Of a stretch of 64,000 nt of DNA, positions 1 through 13,840 are shown piece after piece. A program made the translations under genes and the position numbers. Each line of letters starts with the position of its first letter. The first letter of the stretch is position 1. Origin of the DNA: Octopus vulgaris (lineage: Eukaryota). The notes under the pieces are model-generated. The model saw only the letters and a list, made by a program, of their open reading frames with translations. It ran no database searches and was not told the DNA's origin. The stretch covers positions 67,518,001 to 67,582,000 of the forward strand of contig OX597833.1 of the NCBI GenBank assembly GCA_951406725.2, read 5' to 3'.

Positions 1-51
1 GTATGTATCCATCTATCAATCTATCTGTCTATATCTATATATTATTTTATT

Positions 52-392
52 CTTTTATTTGTTTCAGGCATCTCAACTGCAGCCATGTTGGAACACCACC
101 ATTAGTCGAGCAAATTGCTCCCAGGAGTTAATCTTTGTATGCTTAGTACGTATTATATCCGTCTCCTTTGCTGAACCGATAAGTTACTGGGACGCGAACA
201 CTCCAACATCGGCGCTGGTGTTGTTATCAAGCGATTGTGGGAGACAAAGACAGATACACAAACATATACACACATATATGTACATATATGACTTGCTTCT
301 TTCTACCAGATCCACTCACAAGGCTTTGGTCGGCCCGAGGCTCAAATACAAGACACCTGTCCAATCTGCCACACAGTGGGACCGAACCCGGA
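52..392 (-). mobile_element. Degenerate tRNA-derived CORE-type SINE (family A)
   Basis: Reverse complement matches family A body (ttgtttcag..catt..actgc.gccatg.tgga.cacc; tccactcacaaggctttggtcggcccg; cagtgggac.gaacccggaa) with many substitutions. Confidence 0.8.
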
Positions 393-628
393 ATGCACAA
401 ACACACACACATACATATATGCCTATGTCCCTCTGCATCTGAAGCCTACTTTCATATTTGTATATGTGTGTGTATATATATGTGTGTGCGTGCGTGTGCC
501 TGTAAGTATATATGTGTATGGGGAACTTGTGTGAATGTGTGTACGAATGATTGTATGCAGGTACACACATGATATCTCGACTAATGTAAGATTAGATTAA
601 ATAATTAATCCTTTCAACTGTATCTTAC

Positions 629-682
629 CGTCTTTTTCTGTTTTGATTGATTCATTTTCTCCCTGTATTTTCTCTCTATTAT
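629..682 (-). CDS. Candidate exon D of an unidentified spliced gene (either carries the stop codon or is an internal 54-nt exon)
   Basis: Strong acceptor ttttctcttttttcttcattgcttttgtAG and donor G|gtaaga; in the Cys-rich reading it starts with (AG)A TAA; the phase-1 reading is DNREKIQGENESIKTEKD. Confidence 0.35.
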
Positions 683-801
683 CTACAAAAGCAATGAAGA
701 AAAAAGAGAAAACACAAATTTATGAACGAATCAGAAAGTAAATCCCTTTAGTTCGATACTACTGTGCAAATATTTAGTGTCATATAAAATCATTTTCTTA
801 C

Positions 802-862
802 CTATATAAACATTTGCATATTTTGGAACATACATTGAATATTTGATGCAGTAAAACGCATC
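802..862 (-). CDS. Candidate exon C (61 nt), GCVLLHQIFNVCSKICKCLYR
   Basis: Acceptor gtattcAG (moderate), donor TAG|gtaaga (strong); open and phase-compatible with neighbouring candidates. Confidence 0.35.
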
Positions 863-917
863 CTGAATACTTACTAAACCTCGCTGTATCTCATATATAT
901 ACGATGTATATATACAA

Positions 918-1226
918 GGCGCAGGAGTGGCTATGTGGTAAGTAGCTTGCTAACCAACCACATGGTTTCGGATTCAGTCCCACTGCGTGGCATCTTGGGC
1001 AAGTGTCTTCTACTATAGCCCCGGACCGACCAATGCCCTGTGAGTGGATTTGGTAGACGGAAACTGAAAGAAGCCTGTCGTATATATGTATATATATGTA
1101 TGTGTGTATTTGTGTGTCTGTGTTTGTCCCCCTAGCATTGCTTGACAACCGATGCTGGTGTGTTTACGTTCCCGTCATCTAGCGGTTCGGCAGAAGAGAC
1201 CGATAGAATAAGTACTGGGCTTACAA
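918..1226 (+). mobile_element. CORE-type SINE (family A), 3'-truncated
   Basis: Head ggcgcaggagtggct.tgtggtaag (A box), B-box-like gattcagtccc, CORE-like cttgggcaagtgtcttct, internal (TA/TG)n. Confidence 0.9.
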
Positions 1227-1507
1227 ACATACATACAAACACACACACTGTAAAGAAAACACATACTCACTACATATACATACATGCACACACATACTTC
1301 AACTACCATTACCTTGTACTGACCATTCTCTTGCGCACATGTGTAGGTAGACACACAACAGGCAGCCACTCCTACCAAAATTCTTACTATAAATTCTTTC
1401 TAAGACCTTAAACGATACTAGCCCAACCACACACATAGATAAACAGCCACAACCACACACACACATACACACACAAGTGCTATCATTACACACACGCGCA
1501 CACACAT

Positions 1508-1707
1508 AATCGGTGGACCTGCGCAGTTGTCGAGTGGTACCCGCGCGAGAGGAAACGACCACCTGGAGGGCCTCCAAGACGGTGGAGTCACGATTTCAGG
1601 AGGACGATTCGGATCACGTGGAAGAGAAAGGCGCGATCCAGAGACGAGTGGACAGTGTGCTGTGACCAGCGGTGCCAAATGCACGCCTGACGAACTGGTC
1701 GGTCAAG

Positions 1708-1711
<4 letters not shown>
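1508..1711 (+). mobile_element. 3' end of an RTE-clade LINE
   Basis: 1508-1690 reads NRWTCAVVEWYPRERKRPPGGPPRRWSHDF...W..KARSRDEW...*, the typical RTE ORF C-terminus, followed by a short 3'UTR and (TA)n. Confidence 0.8.
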
Positions 1712-1751
<40 letters not shown>

Positions 1752-1799
1752 ATGGCTTCGCCAATGCGATACGATACGAATAATGTTGAGTATAAATTT

Positions 1800-2101
1800 G
1801 TGTGTGTGTTGGTATGTACGCCCGCGTTATCTAGCGGTTCGGCAAAAGAAACCGAGAGAATGTACACTAGACTTACAAAGAACAAGTTTTGGGGTCAATT
1901 TGCTCGACTAAAGGCGCTGCAAGAAGTAAAAGAATATACGACGAGCTTCTTTCTATTTCCGTCTAGGAAATCCACTCACACAGCATTGTTTGCCCCGAGG
2001 CTGTAGTTGAAGGCACCTTCCCATGGTGTCACACAGTGGGACTGAACCTGGAACAATGTGCTTGGAAAGCAAGCGTCTTACCACACAGCCACGCCGGCGC
2101 C
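1800..2101. mobile_element. Two family A SINE fragments (tail on +, about 1800-1920; head on -, about 1935-2101)
   Basis: tagcggttcggcaaaaga..ctcgactaaaggcg, then reverse-complement head ending ccacacagccacgccggcgcc. Confidence 0.75.
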
Positions 2102-2269
2102 TGATGCTTAATTTACTTTAATTTAATTAATTTGGTGATATGTTTAAAATTTTGTTAAAAACCAATTAGATGATTAGTATGTGTATATGTGTATGTGAAT
2201 GTTTGTGCATACATGCATATATATATATATATATATATATTTTTATATATATTTATATATATATAGAGA

Positions 2270-2280
2270 GATAGATAGAT

Positions 2281-2365
<85 letters not shown>
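2270..2365 (+). repeat. (GATA)n microsatellite
   Basis: Direct reading. Confidence 0.95.
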
Positions 2366-2366
<1 letters not shown>

Positions 2367-2559
2367 GTGAAGATATATATTGAGAACGAAATAACGATCT
2401 AAAGGATTACCCTAAAGATGAATTTCAAGAACCTTATATTTCAGTGAAAATCCTAAATATGTATAATTTATGAAGCTTCTTCCTTTCTCTCGATTTTAAA
2501 TTTCAAGCTTCTAATCGAACCAAATACTACGAAGAAATGTTTATCTCTTGTGTATTAAC

Positions 2560-2600
2560 CTGCCACCAGGGAGCAGCACATGTAATCGCTGTATATCCTA
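2560..2600 (-). CDS. Candidate exon B (41 nt), (C)RIYSDYMCCSLVA
   Basis: Acceptor aaattttcAG, donor CAG|gttaat, locally GC-richer; an alternative frame GYTAITCAAPWWQ is also open. Confidence 0.35.
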
Positions 2601-2873
2601 CTGAAAATTTGTTTTCCATTTACAGGTAAAGCCATTTTTTATTTCAATTTTCAAATATTATATAGTGACTAACGCATCGATGTTTATGTGTATAAATATC
2701 GATGTGTATAATATATATATACACACAGAATCCTAATTCATGTTCCACACTTTCATTTTTACAAATCGTTGATTACATATACAGCAAAACAAGCTAAGAT
2801 TATAAGTATTGCTCGCTCGTGGCGAAACAAATAAATAGTTACGGCATGCGATTGACAAATAGATATTTTTTAC

Positions 2874-2952
2874 CATGCTGGACAAGATAATTCGATAAAT
2901 TCGGGAAATTTTCCTTTCTCCCCTGGTTTATATACGTCCAGGTTCACCTGCA
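2874..2952 (-). CDS. Candidate exon A (79 nt), QVNLDVYKPGEKGKFPEFIELSCPA(C)
   Basis: Acceptor tattattcttttAG, donor ATG|gtaaaa; only one open frame. Confidence 0.35.
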
Positions 2953-3269
2953 CTAAAAGAATAATATTATTACATATGTAATATTACCTTTGTAAATCTA
3001 ATGATTTTTTCAGTTATTAATGTATTCATATGTACAGTATATCCGTTTAATTAACCTCGTAATTACATTCCTAATGCTTATGCCAATAACAAAATAACAA
3101 AGTCAATTTACATTCATATAATTCTATTTCTTCCCTCGTATTTTATAATTCATATAAATAATTCCATTTTAAATCATTTTCGTATAATACTCATTATTCT
3201 AGCTTAATTAAACGCCGTAAATTCTAATTTTATAAATAAACTCTCTCTCTCTCTCTCTCTCTCTCTACA

Positions 3270-3326
<57 letters not shown>

Positions 3327-3907
3327 TTATATATTCACAAATATGTATCTATTTATATACCACTAATTGCTTTTGATCCGTTACATTAATACGAAATAAT
3401 TTACATATTTGACACGAACCGCCCTTAAATAATTTTCTATAGTTCTGCTTACATTATTATAATATACAATGCTTTTTATCTTTAGCTTCTCTTTTCCTTT
3501 CGTCTTTTATTTCTAGTTTTAAAATGCTGTTCGTCATATTGTTTTCCGATTCTTTATAGAAAATGTTTGAACTAATACTGTATAAGCAAAAAAATGTACT
3601 CAATACGCAACTTTGTATTAAATGCGAGGGGTTGCTCGGGTGCTCAAAAGCTCCCGGTTTTCGGTAATAAAAAAATATAGGAGTATCAGTCAATTATGAT
3701 TATATTCAACCTATTTCACTCTCAGATTTACTCGTTGCAGCGGTCTCTTAGTTTTTCTAAGCCCGGTAAAAGAACACGGAAGCTTAGACCTCCAGCCAGA
3801 ACTTTCGCAAAACCCTTAAAGCTAGGAACTCTTCAAAGCCCTCTCGTAAAATTTCTAAAAGGATTGCATTTGAAAAGGTCTGTTTAATTCTTTGCTGATG
3901 TTACTCA

Positions 3908-4095
3908 TGGGTTTCAAATTTTGGCACAAGAGCAGCAGTTTTGGTAAAGTGGGTAAGTGGATTACGTCGATCCTATTGCTGGGCTGGTATGCGTTTTAAA
4001 GACCCCGAAAAGATAAAAGGTAAAGTTGAGCTAGACGGAATTTGAACTCAGAAAAAAAAGACGGACAAAATGGCGCTAAGCATTTCGTCCGTATT
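3908..4095 (-). mobile_element. Degenerate Meta-type SINE (family B variant)
   Basis: gaccccgaaa.gat.aaagg.aaagt.ga.ct...cggaatttgaactcag; ggtttcaaattttggcacaag tail. Confidence 0.7.
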
Positions 4096-4154
4096 TACAT
4101 TCTGAGTTGTTGTTTATGTTGTTCCTGTTGTAATCATTGTTATTGTTGTCGTGG

Positions 4155-4265
4155 TTCTTCTTCTTTTCTTCCTCTTTTTCTCCTTCTTCTTCTTCTTCTT
4201 CTTCTTCTTCTTCTTCTTCTTCTTCTTCTTCTTCTTCTTCTTCTCCTCTTCATCATCTTCTTCTT

Positions 4266-4330
<65 letters not shown>
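4155..4330 (+). repeat. Compound (TTC)n-(TTA)n microsatellite
   Basis: Direct reading. Confidence 0.95.
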
Positions 4331-4331
<1 letters not shown>

Positions 4332-4445
4332 GAGTGAGAGAGCAGTGCATGCCATCAAAGTAACACTGGGGTAAAATATACTAAGCCCAGTATACCCATC
4401 ATGACCACCCGTCTGATAAGGGTACACTAGGCACATGCATCACAA
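4331..4445 (-). mobile_element. Terminal fragment of the (TAA)n-embedded non-coding element seen at 53148-53702
   Basis: Reverse complement of about 53588-53702 (tgagtgagagagcagt.catgccatcaaagt.acactggggtaaaatatac); flanked by (TTA)n on both sides. Confidence 0.8.
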
Positions 4446-4457
4446 AAATTATTATTA

Positions 4458-4519
<62 letters not shown>

Positions 4520-4546
4520 GTTATTATTATTATTATTATTATTATT

Positions 4547-5256
4547 CAGTAGTTTTATTTTTATAGCGTGCTTTCACTTCACTACCGAGCGCAGCTCTGT
4601 GTGCCTTGGGTATGTGCTGTGATTTGTTGTGATGCTCTGATGGTTATTGTATGGAAAGTGTTCTGCGTAGGATGTGTGCAGTGCCTAGTAGTGCAATTTT
4701 CTGTATGTTATATGTGTTTGTAAGTCCTGGTGTTTTTGTTATGTATTTGTCTGAATATTTTTTTATCATGCCTAATGCACCTACTATGATAGGAATTGTT
4801 TCTGTTTTCAGATTCCACATTCTAGTTACCTCTATTTCCAGGTCTTTGTATTTTGAGAGTTTCTCCATTTCTTTTAGAGACACGATGTCATCTGCCGGTA
4901 TTGATACATCAATTAGAAAGCATTTTTTTCTTCATGATCTCTGACAACTATATCTGGTCTGTTGGCCTTAATTTCTCTATCTGTGTGTATCGGCATATCC
5001 CAGAGTATGGTTGCTTTCTCGTTTTCTGTGACCTTTTCTGGTGTGTGCCTATACCATCTTTTTTCTGTTGTTATTCCATAATGTTGGCATAGCTTCCAAT
5101 GTATGTAGGTTCCAACTCTGTCATGTCTGTGAATATATTCCTTCTTAGCCAGGACTGGGCAGCTAGAGATAATATGATTTATTGTTTCTTGTCCATCTCC
5201 ACATATTCTGCAGTTACTTGTAATATTTCTTTTCATTACATGTTTTTGGTAATTTC

Positions 5257-5257
<1 letters not shown>
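4547..5257 (-). mobile_element. 5'-truncated R4/Dong-like non-LTR retrotransposon (CCHC knuckle plus restriction-like endonuclease)
   Basis: CRICG..ETINHIISSC..LA...Y..RHD; ILWD..I.TD..I.ANRPDIVV; after an A-run frameshift LIDVSIP..E..K..KYKDL..PIIVGALG; both flanks (TTA)n. Confidence 0.9.
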
Positions 5258-5322
<65 letters not shown>

Positions 5323-5369
5323 CATTATTATTACTATTATTATTATTTTCATCATTATTATTATTATCA

Positions 5370-5436
<67 letters not shown>

Positions 5437-5483
5437 CATTATTATTACTATTATTATTATTTTCATCATTATTATTATTATCA

Positions 5484-5544
<61 letters not shown>

Positions 5545-5602
5545 CATAATTATTACTATAACTATTATTATTATTATTATTACCATTATCATTATTATTA
5601 TT
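5258..5602 (+). repeat. (TTA)n microsatellite with a duplicated interrupted block (about 114-bp period)
   Basis: Variant block atcattattattactattattattattttcatc at 5321 and 5435. Confidence 0.9.
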
Positions 5603-6021
5603 TAAGTATATAAATGTATATTAACGTAAATATTTGAAGTCATAATATTTACTTAGTTTTGTTTGATTTTGCAAAATCCAATCTGAAGAATGGAATAACC
5701 GTAATTACTTTGAACTTCGCACGTATTTGTGTTAGCACCGCGTGAGTCTTTGCCATTCAATGCGAAATCATAATAAAGGCTTCCTAGGAGCATCAAGCGT
5801 CAATGTGACAAAAATCGCAGCTCATGTTTACTTTAATATATTTCTGCCGTTTCAGATACGAACATACATAGTTTCTATAGTAATTAGGATCTTAATACAG
5901 AGAGATACATATGTGTATGTATGTATGTATGTATATGTATGTGCCAGTATGTACATAGATTTATACATATACATGTATATACATACATATATACACACAC
6001 ATACGTATTCATGCAAATACT

Positions 6022-6117
<96 letters not shown>

Positions 6118-6221
6118 CATATATAAGTACCTATATATACATATATACATACACATGTCAACTATATCATTACGCTTTCCCACGAATGAAAGCAATGTGC
6201 CACTTGCGTATTTTGTGTGTG

Positions 6222-6256
<35 letters not shown>

Positions 6257-7222
6257 GGGATATGTATGTGCGTGTATATATAATATAATATATGCTTATA
6301 CAAACATGCATGTCTTTCTACATAAATGTATATGTAAGCATTGTTCGATTGTGAACCAGTGGTGATTCCATTCTTTTCCTCTAACAACATAACGTAATTA
6401 ATTCTATGAATTATAATGGCTTCTTGACTTTCTGCTTTTATTTAACGGAACAACAACGCAGAGCCCTGTACACTGCTGCTCGAACTGACTGCTCATAATG
6501 TCAACTAAATCACTCTGAAATCTGAGTAATATACTTTGAGAAATATCAACCGAAAAAGATGAGACCTCCGTTGAAACACACTTCATCGTACCATCATTTG
6601 ATCACCTTTCATCTGATATCAAACAATGCAAACATGCATATTTTTTCTTCTAAGACTAAAAGCTACAAATTATGGACCAGAAAGAAGACGATTTTAACAA
6701 TGTACGTTGTTCAGTATTATTTCTTTAATGGACAGATGAAGGGCAAGATTAGTCCTGGAGGTATTCGAAATTATGTATAAAAGGGGCGTAACAAAGTCAG
6801 ATAATTTCCTTTCCCCCGAAATCTTATCCAGGGAGGGGAAACAAACTAAAATAACAACAGATATTAAACTGAATTGTTGTAGAATCTCAGTGTGATTAAG
6901 GTAAGTACAATGTGAGTATATTCCGTAACTGTTTTTAATCTTCGAGAAAAAATAGATTTGTCTCTCTTGATGAGCCATTTCGCGATGTGTTGATAAATTC
7001 TCAGAGAACGTCAAAGCACACTGTGACAAACTTTGCTACACAAATCTGGACCAAGGTTAGTAAATGCATAAAAAATGAACTAAGATTTTCAATACTTCTT
7101 GGATTCCTCTGACTAAAAAAAGCATGACTCCATTGACTCAGCAACCGTAGTCATTTTGTTTCAGCCTAACTGTATTGTAACTTTATGGTCACTGAGTATA
7201 TACATGTATGTATGTATGTATG

Positions 7223-7256
<34 letters not shown>

Positions 7257-7314
7257 TATATATATACATATATATACATACATATATACATACGTACACA
7301 CGCACACACACACG

Positions 7315-7378
<64 letters not shown>

Positions 7379-8207
7379 TATATACTATATGCGTTTATAT
7401 ATACCAGGTACGTGGCGTCAGTAATTACTCAGGGTTGGCAGTTGGTGCCCTTACCTAGTACAACACACAAGAAATAAGCGAAAGACAGGCGCCGACTGTG
7501 TTGAAGGCAGATTTGCTTCTGCCTTTATAGGACGTAAAGGAAATGTTGTTGTAGGAGTGAACACAGCACGTGCACTGCAGCATTAATATGCGTAACTTAG
7601 ATACTGAGATTGAAAAACAGGGTCAAATTATGCCTATCTAATCTTCAAAAAAATGTTAATATTTTGCATCTTATGCATAGTAATTAGAGTAACCTTCATA
7701 GCTTTATTCAATTACGTGCATATTTTGCTATGAAAGGAAAATGTGCGCGGAGAAGTTCCTAAAATATGGCTTCAAAAGGCGATTCATTACAAAATAGAAG
7801 CGCATGTGTTACTTGATTTCCTTCTTAGTACGTTTTAGTATCTTAAGTATTAAATATTCAAATAGCTGAATCTCACTGCCCGGTATACTTCTATGCATTT
7901 GGAGGAAGAGTATTACACATAAACGCACACTCGCACCTTCACATACAGCCGTGCTCGCACCCACACTCACAGACCTGTATATAGATACATATATATGTCT
8001 GTTTATATATTTTATATAAATAGATATATACCTACACCGGCGCAATTGCATATATGTACATACATACATATACATACACACATACATACATACATACATA
8101 CATACATACATACATACATACATACATACATACATACACACATATATATATATACATAGATACATATACATACATACATACACACACGCACACATACATA
8201 TATATGT

Positions 8208-8241
<34 letters not shown>

Positions 8242-8307
8242 ATATATATTATTAAAGTATATATATATATATATATGTGTGTGTGTTTGTGTGTGTGTAA
8301 ATATAAA

Positions 8308-8345
<38 letters not shown>

Positions 8346-8375
8346 AATTTATATTTATACAAACGCACACACTGA

Positions 8376-8457
<82 letters not shown>

Positions 8458-9682
8458 CACATACATATATATGTACGTACATATATATTGTGAAATGTAC
8501 TCACATATACATATTATATATACGCCATTTCACAAATAGTCACAGTGATAAACTGAATGAATTTTTTATGTATTTTTTATTTTTTTATTTATTAAACTCT
8601 GATCAATAAAACGTGGTTTTAGACATGCTGTTTGTTGGTTTTTCTGTTGTTGTCGCTTTGTGCTTGGAATATAACCAAATCGAGGAAAAGAAAAAGAAAA
8701 AAAAAGAGTCATTGAATATAATAATAAACTGAAGTTGTAGAATTAACTTGATCTAACAAGCAAAATAATTGATAATTGCATGTTTGTTTGTTGTTTTAAA
8801 ACTTCAAACTAAAATATGCAAACGTAATCTAGAAAATGGCCTTTTATTTGTTGCAATGCAACATCGTAAATTTCACACACCATCAATCAATAAGCGTAAT
8901 GAATTTTTATTACTGTTTCTTTACTCATGTTGCATTTTAATCAAATAATCTGAAGAGAGAGAGAGAAAGAGAGAAAATGTGTGTGTGTGTAATTGTGTGA
9001 GGGAGAGTTGGGCGATGTTAAAGGTGAGAAGGTGAGAAAGAGAGATAGAGAGAAAAGTAGCATTGTTTACGGTTTATCGGGCATAAATATTATTAACTGG
9101 CAGATATTCATATTGTAACCGTATATTATTAATATTTTTTTGCAAATGTAGAAAGAGCAATCAAAGTGGTGTTTTTTTTTTCTTCTTTAACAAAACGAAA
9201 TGTTTAGTTTAAAGGCAAAGTTGAAGAAATGAATGTAAACATCGCTATAGGTTTGAAATTTGCATTGAAGGCTCGTCAAATATTGGGAGAAATATTGGTT
9301 TTTTTTTTTGCATCCCCATGCCACGCAAATATTTCCCCTTACAAATGTAGTTACCATGGTTCTCTAATCCTTTTTTGGCGTAGCTCCTACGTTCTATGTC
9401 ATAATATCAGAGCCATTTTCGCAATTTTAAATCCCAACTACAGAGCAGAAAAATTACCATAGGTGCTATACTATTTATTTAATTTTAAGAGCAAACGACA
9501 GAATACAAAGATCAAAATTGGGCTCCTTCACGCTTGACAATTTGAGTTAATCAATACACGGAGTCTTACTGTGTTGGTTTAAATGTAGCAAGCTTCAGTG
9601 TACGCGAAACAGAATTGGACCCATCGATGATTGGAACCCTGTGCCCTTGAGACACCCCAACCACCTATACATACATACATAT

Positions 9683-9750
<68 letters not shown>

Positions 9751-10919
9751 TCATACATACATACATGCATACATATATATATATATATACATACATACAT
9801 ATATATATACATACATATATTTATATATTTATATATATACACAATTGTACATGATTACACACACACACATATATATATACACATATATATATATTTATAT
9901 ATATATATACGTGTGTATATATATATATATGTATGTGTGTGTATATATATATATATGTATGATGTACAATTGTTTATATATACGTAACTTCGTCATTAAG
10001 GGAGCACTCCACCTCTGACCGCCTTCCGTGTCCCTGCGAGCCGAAGGAGTGTCGGTTTCTTTGGTGTTTAGTAATTACGAGTATTTAATTCGGAGCCTTC
10101 CATTGTTGGACTTGCCATTTAAACGTGATATTCTGTTTGTTATGAAAAATAAGAGATCAAGGCAATTATTCAGATACGTTTGTTATATTTGCCATGTTCT
10201 GTATTTAATGGAAGCCGATATTAAGTCTTGCTGCTGGCTGGCTAGCCGGCTGGTTGGTTGGTTGGTTGGTTGATTTCTCAGGTTATAGTATGTATAGTAT
10301 ATAGGAAGAGTGCGAGAGAGAGAGAGAGAGAGAGAGAGAGCAAGATACAGACAGATAGAGAGATAGAGAGACAGGGACAGATAAAGAGAGGTAGAGAAAG
10401 ATAGTTAAGAGATTTTAATACTAGCCTTCATAAGTGAATGAACGTTAGAGACACACATTGAGAAGAAAGAAAGGGAATGTGTGTGAAGGTGAGTGTATGT
10501 GTGTTGAATTTCAGATAAAATCAACAAGCAACATAATTATGTTACCATTCTTTATTTCCCCACCCCCTTTTTTTTCAATATTGTTTTATTTCATTTTACT
10601 TGAAGGTAATAAATATTTTTCCTTTGAAAATTAGTATTCATTTCATCATTTTGTATATGCACCAAGAATATTAAATTATAATTATTGTATGTATGCCATA
10701 TTTGCATGTATGACCCATAATGGCGAATGTATACTTCGAATATTACTCGTGATATGATATATAGACTAGCATTTAATAATAGATAGTTAGAATATAAATA
10801 TTTAGTAGTTCATAATGTTTTTTTTAGGACAGAAACCAGTTTGCAACAGGACGTAGTTTGATAAATGAATACAGAAAAGTGCATTAGTATTAAAGTGGGC
10901 GCTGGTTAAATCTATCCAA

Positions 10920-11430
<511 letters not shown>

Positions 11431-11522
11431 ACATTGGTTTGATATGGTTCAAAATTGTACCAAAACATAAAAAAGAAGGCAGAGAAGACAGACACACGCG
11501 AGGAAACATCAAACATGTGCAT

Positions 11523-12490
11523 TATATCATCCCATAAATAATGCAGTTTTATACGTCTTTTATTTTTCAAAATTAAGATAAACAAAGTTCTTGTTTAATC
11601 TACAACATACTCTCCTTCATTTTCTACAATACTTTTCCATCTGTTTGGCATCTCTTCCAAAATTCACTTGTCCCTGATGAAAAATACTCCTCCAGTACTG
11701 TTCTGACCTCGTCTACAGAATTCATATATTTTCCGTCCAAATTATTTTGAAGACTGCAGAATAAATGATAATTAGTGGGTGGTGTCCAGCGAAAATAGAC
11801 GGTGGGCCATCGTTTCCCATTCAAACTCCCCCAGCCTTTGGAGTGTCATCTTCGCTGTATAAGGCAGGGTATTATTTAGATGAAAAAACATATTTCGTCT
11901 TGAAACCAAATATGGCCGTTTTTCTTCTAGCGCTGACTTGAGCTGCTCAAGCTTCTCACAGTAGATCTTTGTTATCGTTTGGTTTGGGTTTAAAAGTTCA
12001 AACTGGACTAAACCGTTCATATTCCACCAAACGTGGTTGAAGACCTTCTTTAGTCTGGGGTGTCTATATTTCTCCATTCACTACCCATTTTCTCGGCGTT
12101 TGACATTTTTATAGAGAATCCATTTCTCTCATCATAATTCGGTACCAAATGGCTCATTTGTGAGATGTGACAGCAAAGAAGAGCATACAATCACCTTCTG
12201 CGCGTGATTAGACTCAGAAAGTTTGTGATGAACCTATTGTTGATGAGTCCACGTCGAGCTCTACAGATCTTCCAGTGCGAGATTCGTCTTCTACGCTGTA
12301 GATTTCGGCTCAGAATTTCTGGAACCACCGTTGACACTGGCTTACATTTATTGTCTGATCCCCATATCCTGTGTTAAAATTCCTTGTACTTTCCGTTTCT
12401 TTGTTACCTTTATTGAACTCATGAGGCAAAATATGCCGAATATGATCCTTTGTAACATCCATTATAGCTTTGAAAAAAATAACTGTTAAA
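11523..12490 (-). pseudogene. Decayed mariner transposase (DD34D-type)
   Basis: Fragments HIRHIL..EFNKG....ESTRN.N..YG...CQRWFQKF (HTH); VWWNMNG...FELL..NQTIT..YC..LE.LK; P.NYHLF.SLQNNLDGK; frameshifts and stops; TIR-like tcatcccataaataatgc near 11527. Confidence 0.9.
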
Positions 12491-12744
12491 CGGTTCTGAG
12501 CGAATCTGATTTGTCCCAGATACACGTCATGAAGACACAAAACATTGGAGTGAAGATCTATTCAACAGCCAAGTCACTAATAAAGTTTGTCATCTGCAGA
12601 CATGGACCTGAGTATAAAAAAGTTCGCATCACAACTACGCGGATTCGGTTTCGGTCCCAATGCCCGACAGCCTGGTCAATGTTTTGCGAGTGAATTTTGT
12701 AGTCAGACACTGTGGAGAAAATGGTTGCATATTTATAAATGTAT

Positions 12745-13140
12745 ATACTCTTTTTACTTGTTTCAGTCATTTGACTGCGGCCATGCTGGAGCACCGCCTT
12801 TAGTCGAGCAAATCGACCCCGGGACTTATTCTTTGTAAGCCCAGTACTTATTCTATCGGTCCGAACTGCTAAGTGACGGGGACGTAAACACACCAGCATC
12901 GGTTGTCAAGCAATGCTAGGGGGACAAACACAGACACACAAACATACACACATACATATACATATATATACACATATACGACAGGCTTCTTTCAGTTTCC
13001 GTCTACCAAATCCACTCACAAGGCATTGGTCGGCCCGCGGCTATAGCAGAAGACACTTGCCCAAAATGCTACGCAGTGGGACTGAACCCGGAACTATGTG
13101 GCTGGTTAGCAAGCTACTTACCACACAGCCACTCCTGCGT
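12745..13140 (-). mobile_element. CORE-type SINE (family A), near full length
   Basis: ttacttgtttcagtcatttgactgcggccatgctggagcaccgcc ... ccacacagccactcctgcg. Confidence 0.92.
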
Positions 13141-13329
13141 ATATGCTTGTGTATCAGTGTTCGTCAGTTAAATATTGGAGGATACTGTATCAAATGCCCA
13201 CCATCCACTCCATATTGATGGACTTGTGGTTAAATGCGCAGTGGGGTCGATATAATCGACGTACTCTCCTTCACCTGCACCCCACGGAATTGCTGACCTT
13301 GTGCCGAAAACTTGAAATCACTATTGTGA

Positions 13330-13500
13330 TTACTACTACTACTACTACTACTACTAGTACTGCTACTACTAGTACTACTACTACTACTCCTACTACTCCT
13401 ACTACTACTACAATCTATACTACTATTACTACCACCTATACTACTACTACTACTACAACTAATAGTAGCAGCAGCAATAGCAGCGAGAGCAGCAGCAGTG

Positions 13501-13563
<63 letters not shown>
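13330..13563 (+). repeat. (TAC)n followed by (GTA)n microsatellite
   Basis: Direct reading. Confidence 0.9.
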
Positions 13564-13565
<2 letters not shown>

Positions 13566-13840
13566 TGTTGTTGTCGCTTTGGAAGTAGAACAAATGACAT
13601 TTGCTATGGGTGACATCCAGTTGATTGTATATGTGACATTTGCCATGCTAGAACTTCAAGAATTCAAGAATAAAGCTTCATTAAATCCAAATTGAGAATA
13701 TAAGACTTTCAGATGTCAAATAACATACATAGATATATGTACAAACACACACACACATACACACACACACTCACACATACGCACAAAAATATATACACGC
13801 GCGCACATACACTGATAGACAGCTAGTAGATAGATAGATA

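Noticed and set aside
2944-2952. TGC AGG TGA read as a CxU selenocysteine motif
   Set aside because: No resemblance to known selenoprotein families that I can see, no SECIS identified, and another frame is fully open.
7455-7603. Minus-strand segment ending in a strong gtaagg donor
   Set aside because: All frames from the best acceptor contain or end in stop codons, and no phase-compatible start was found.
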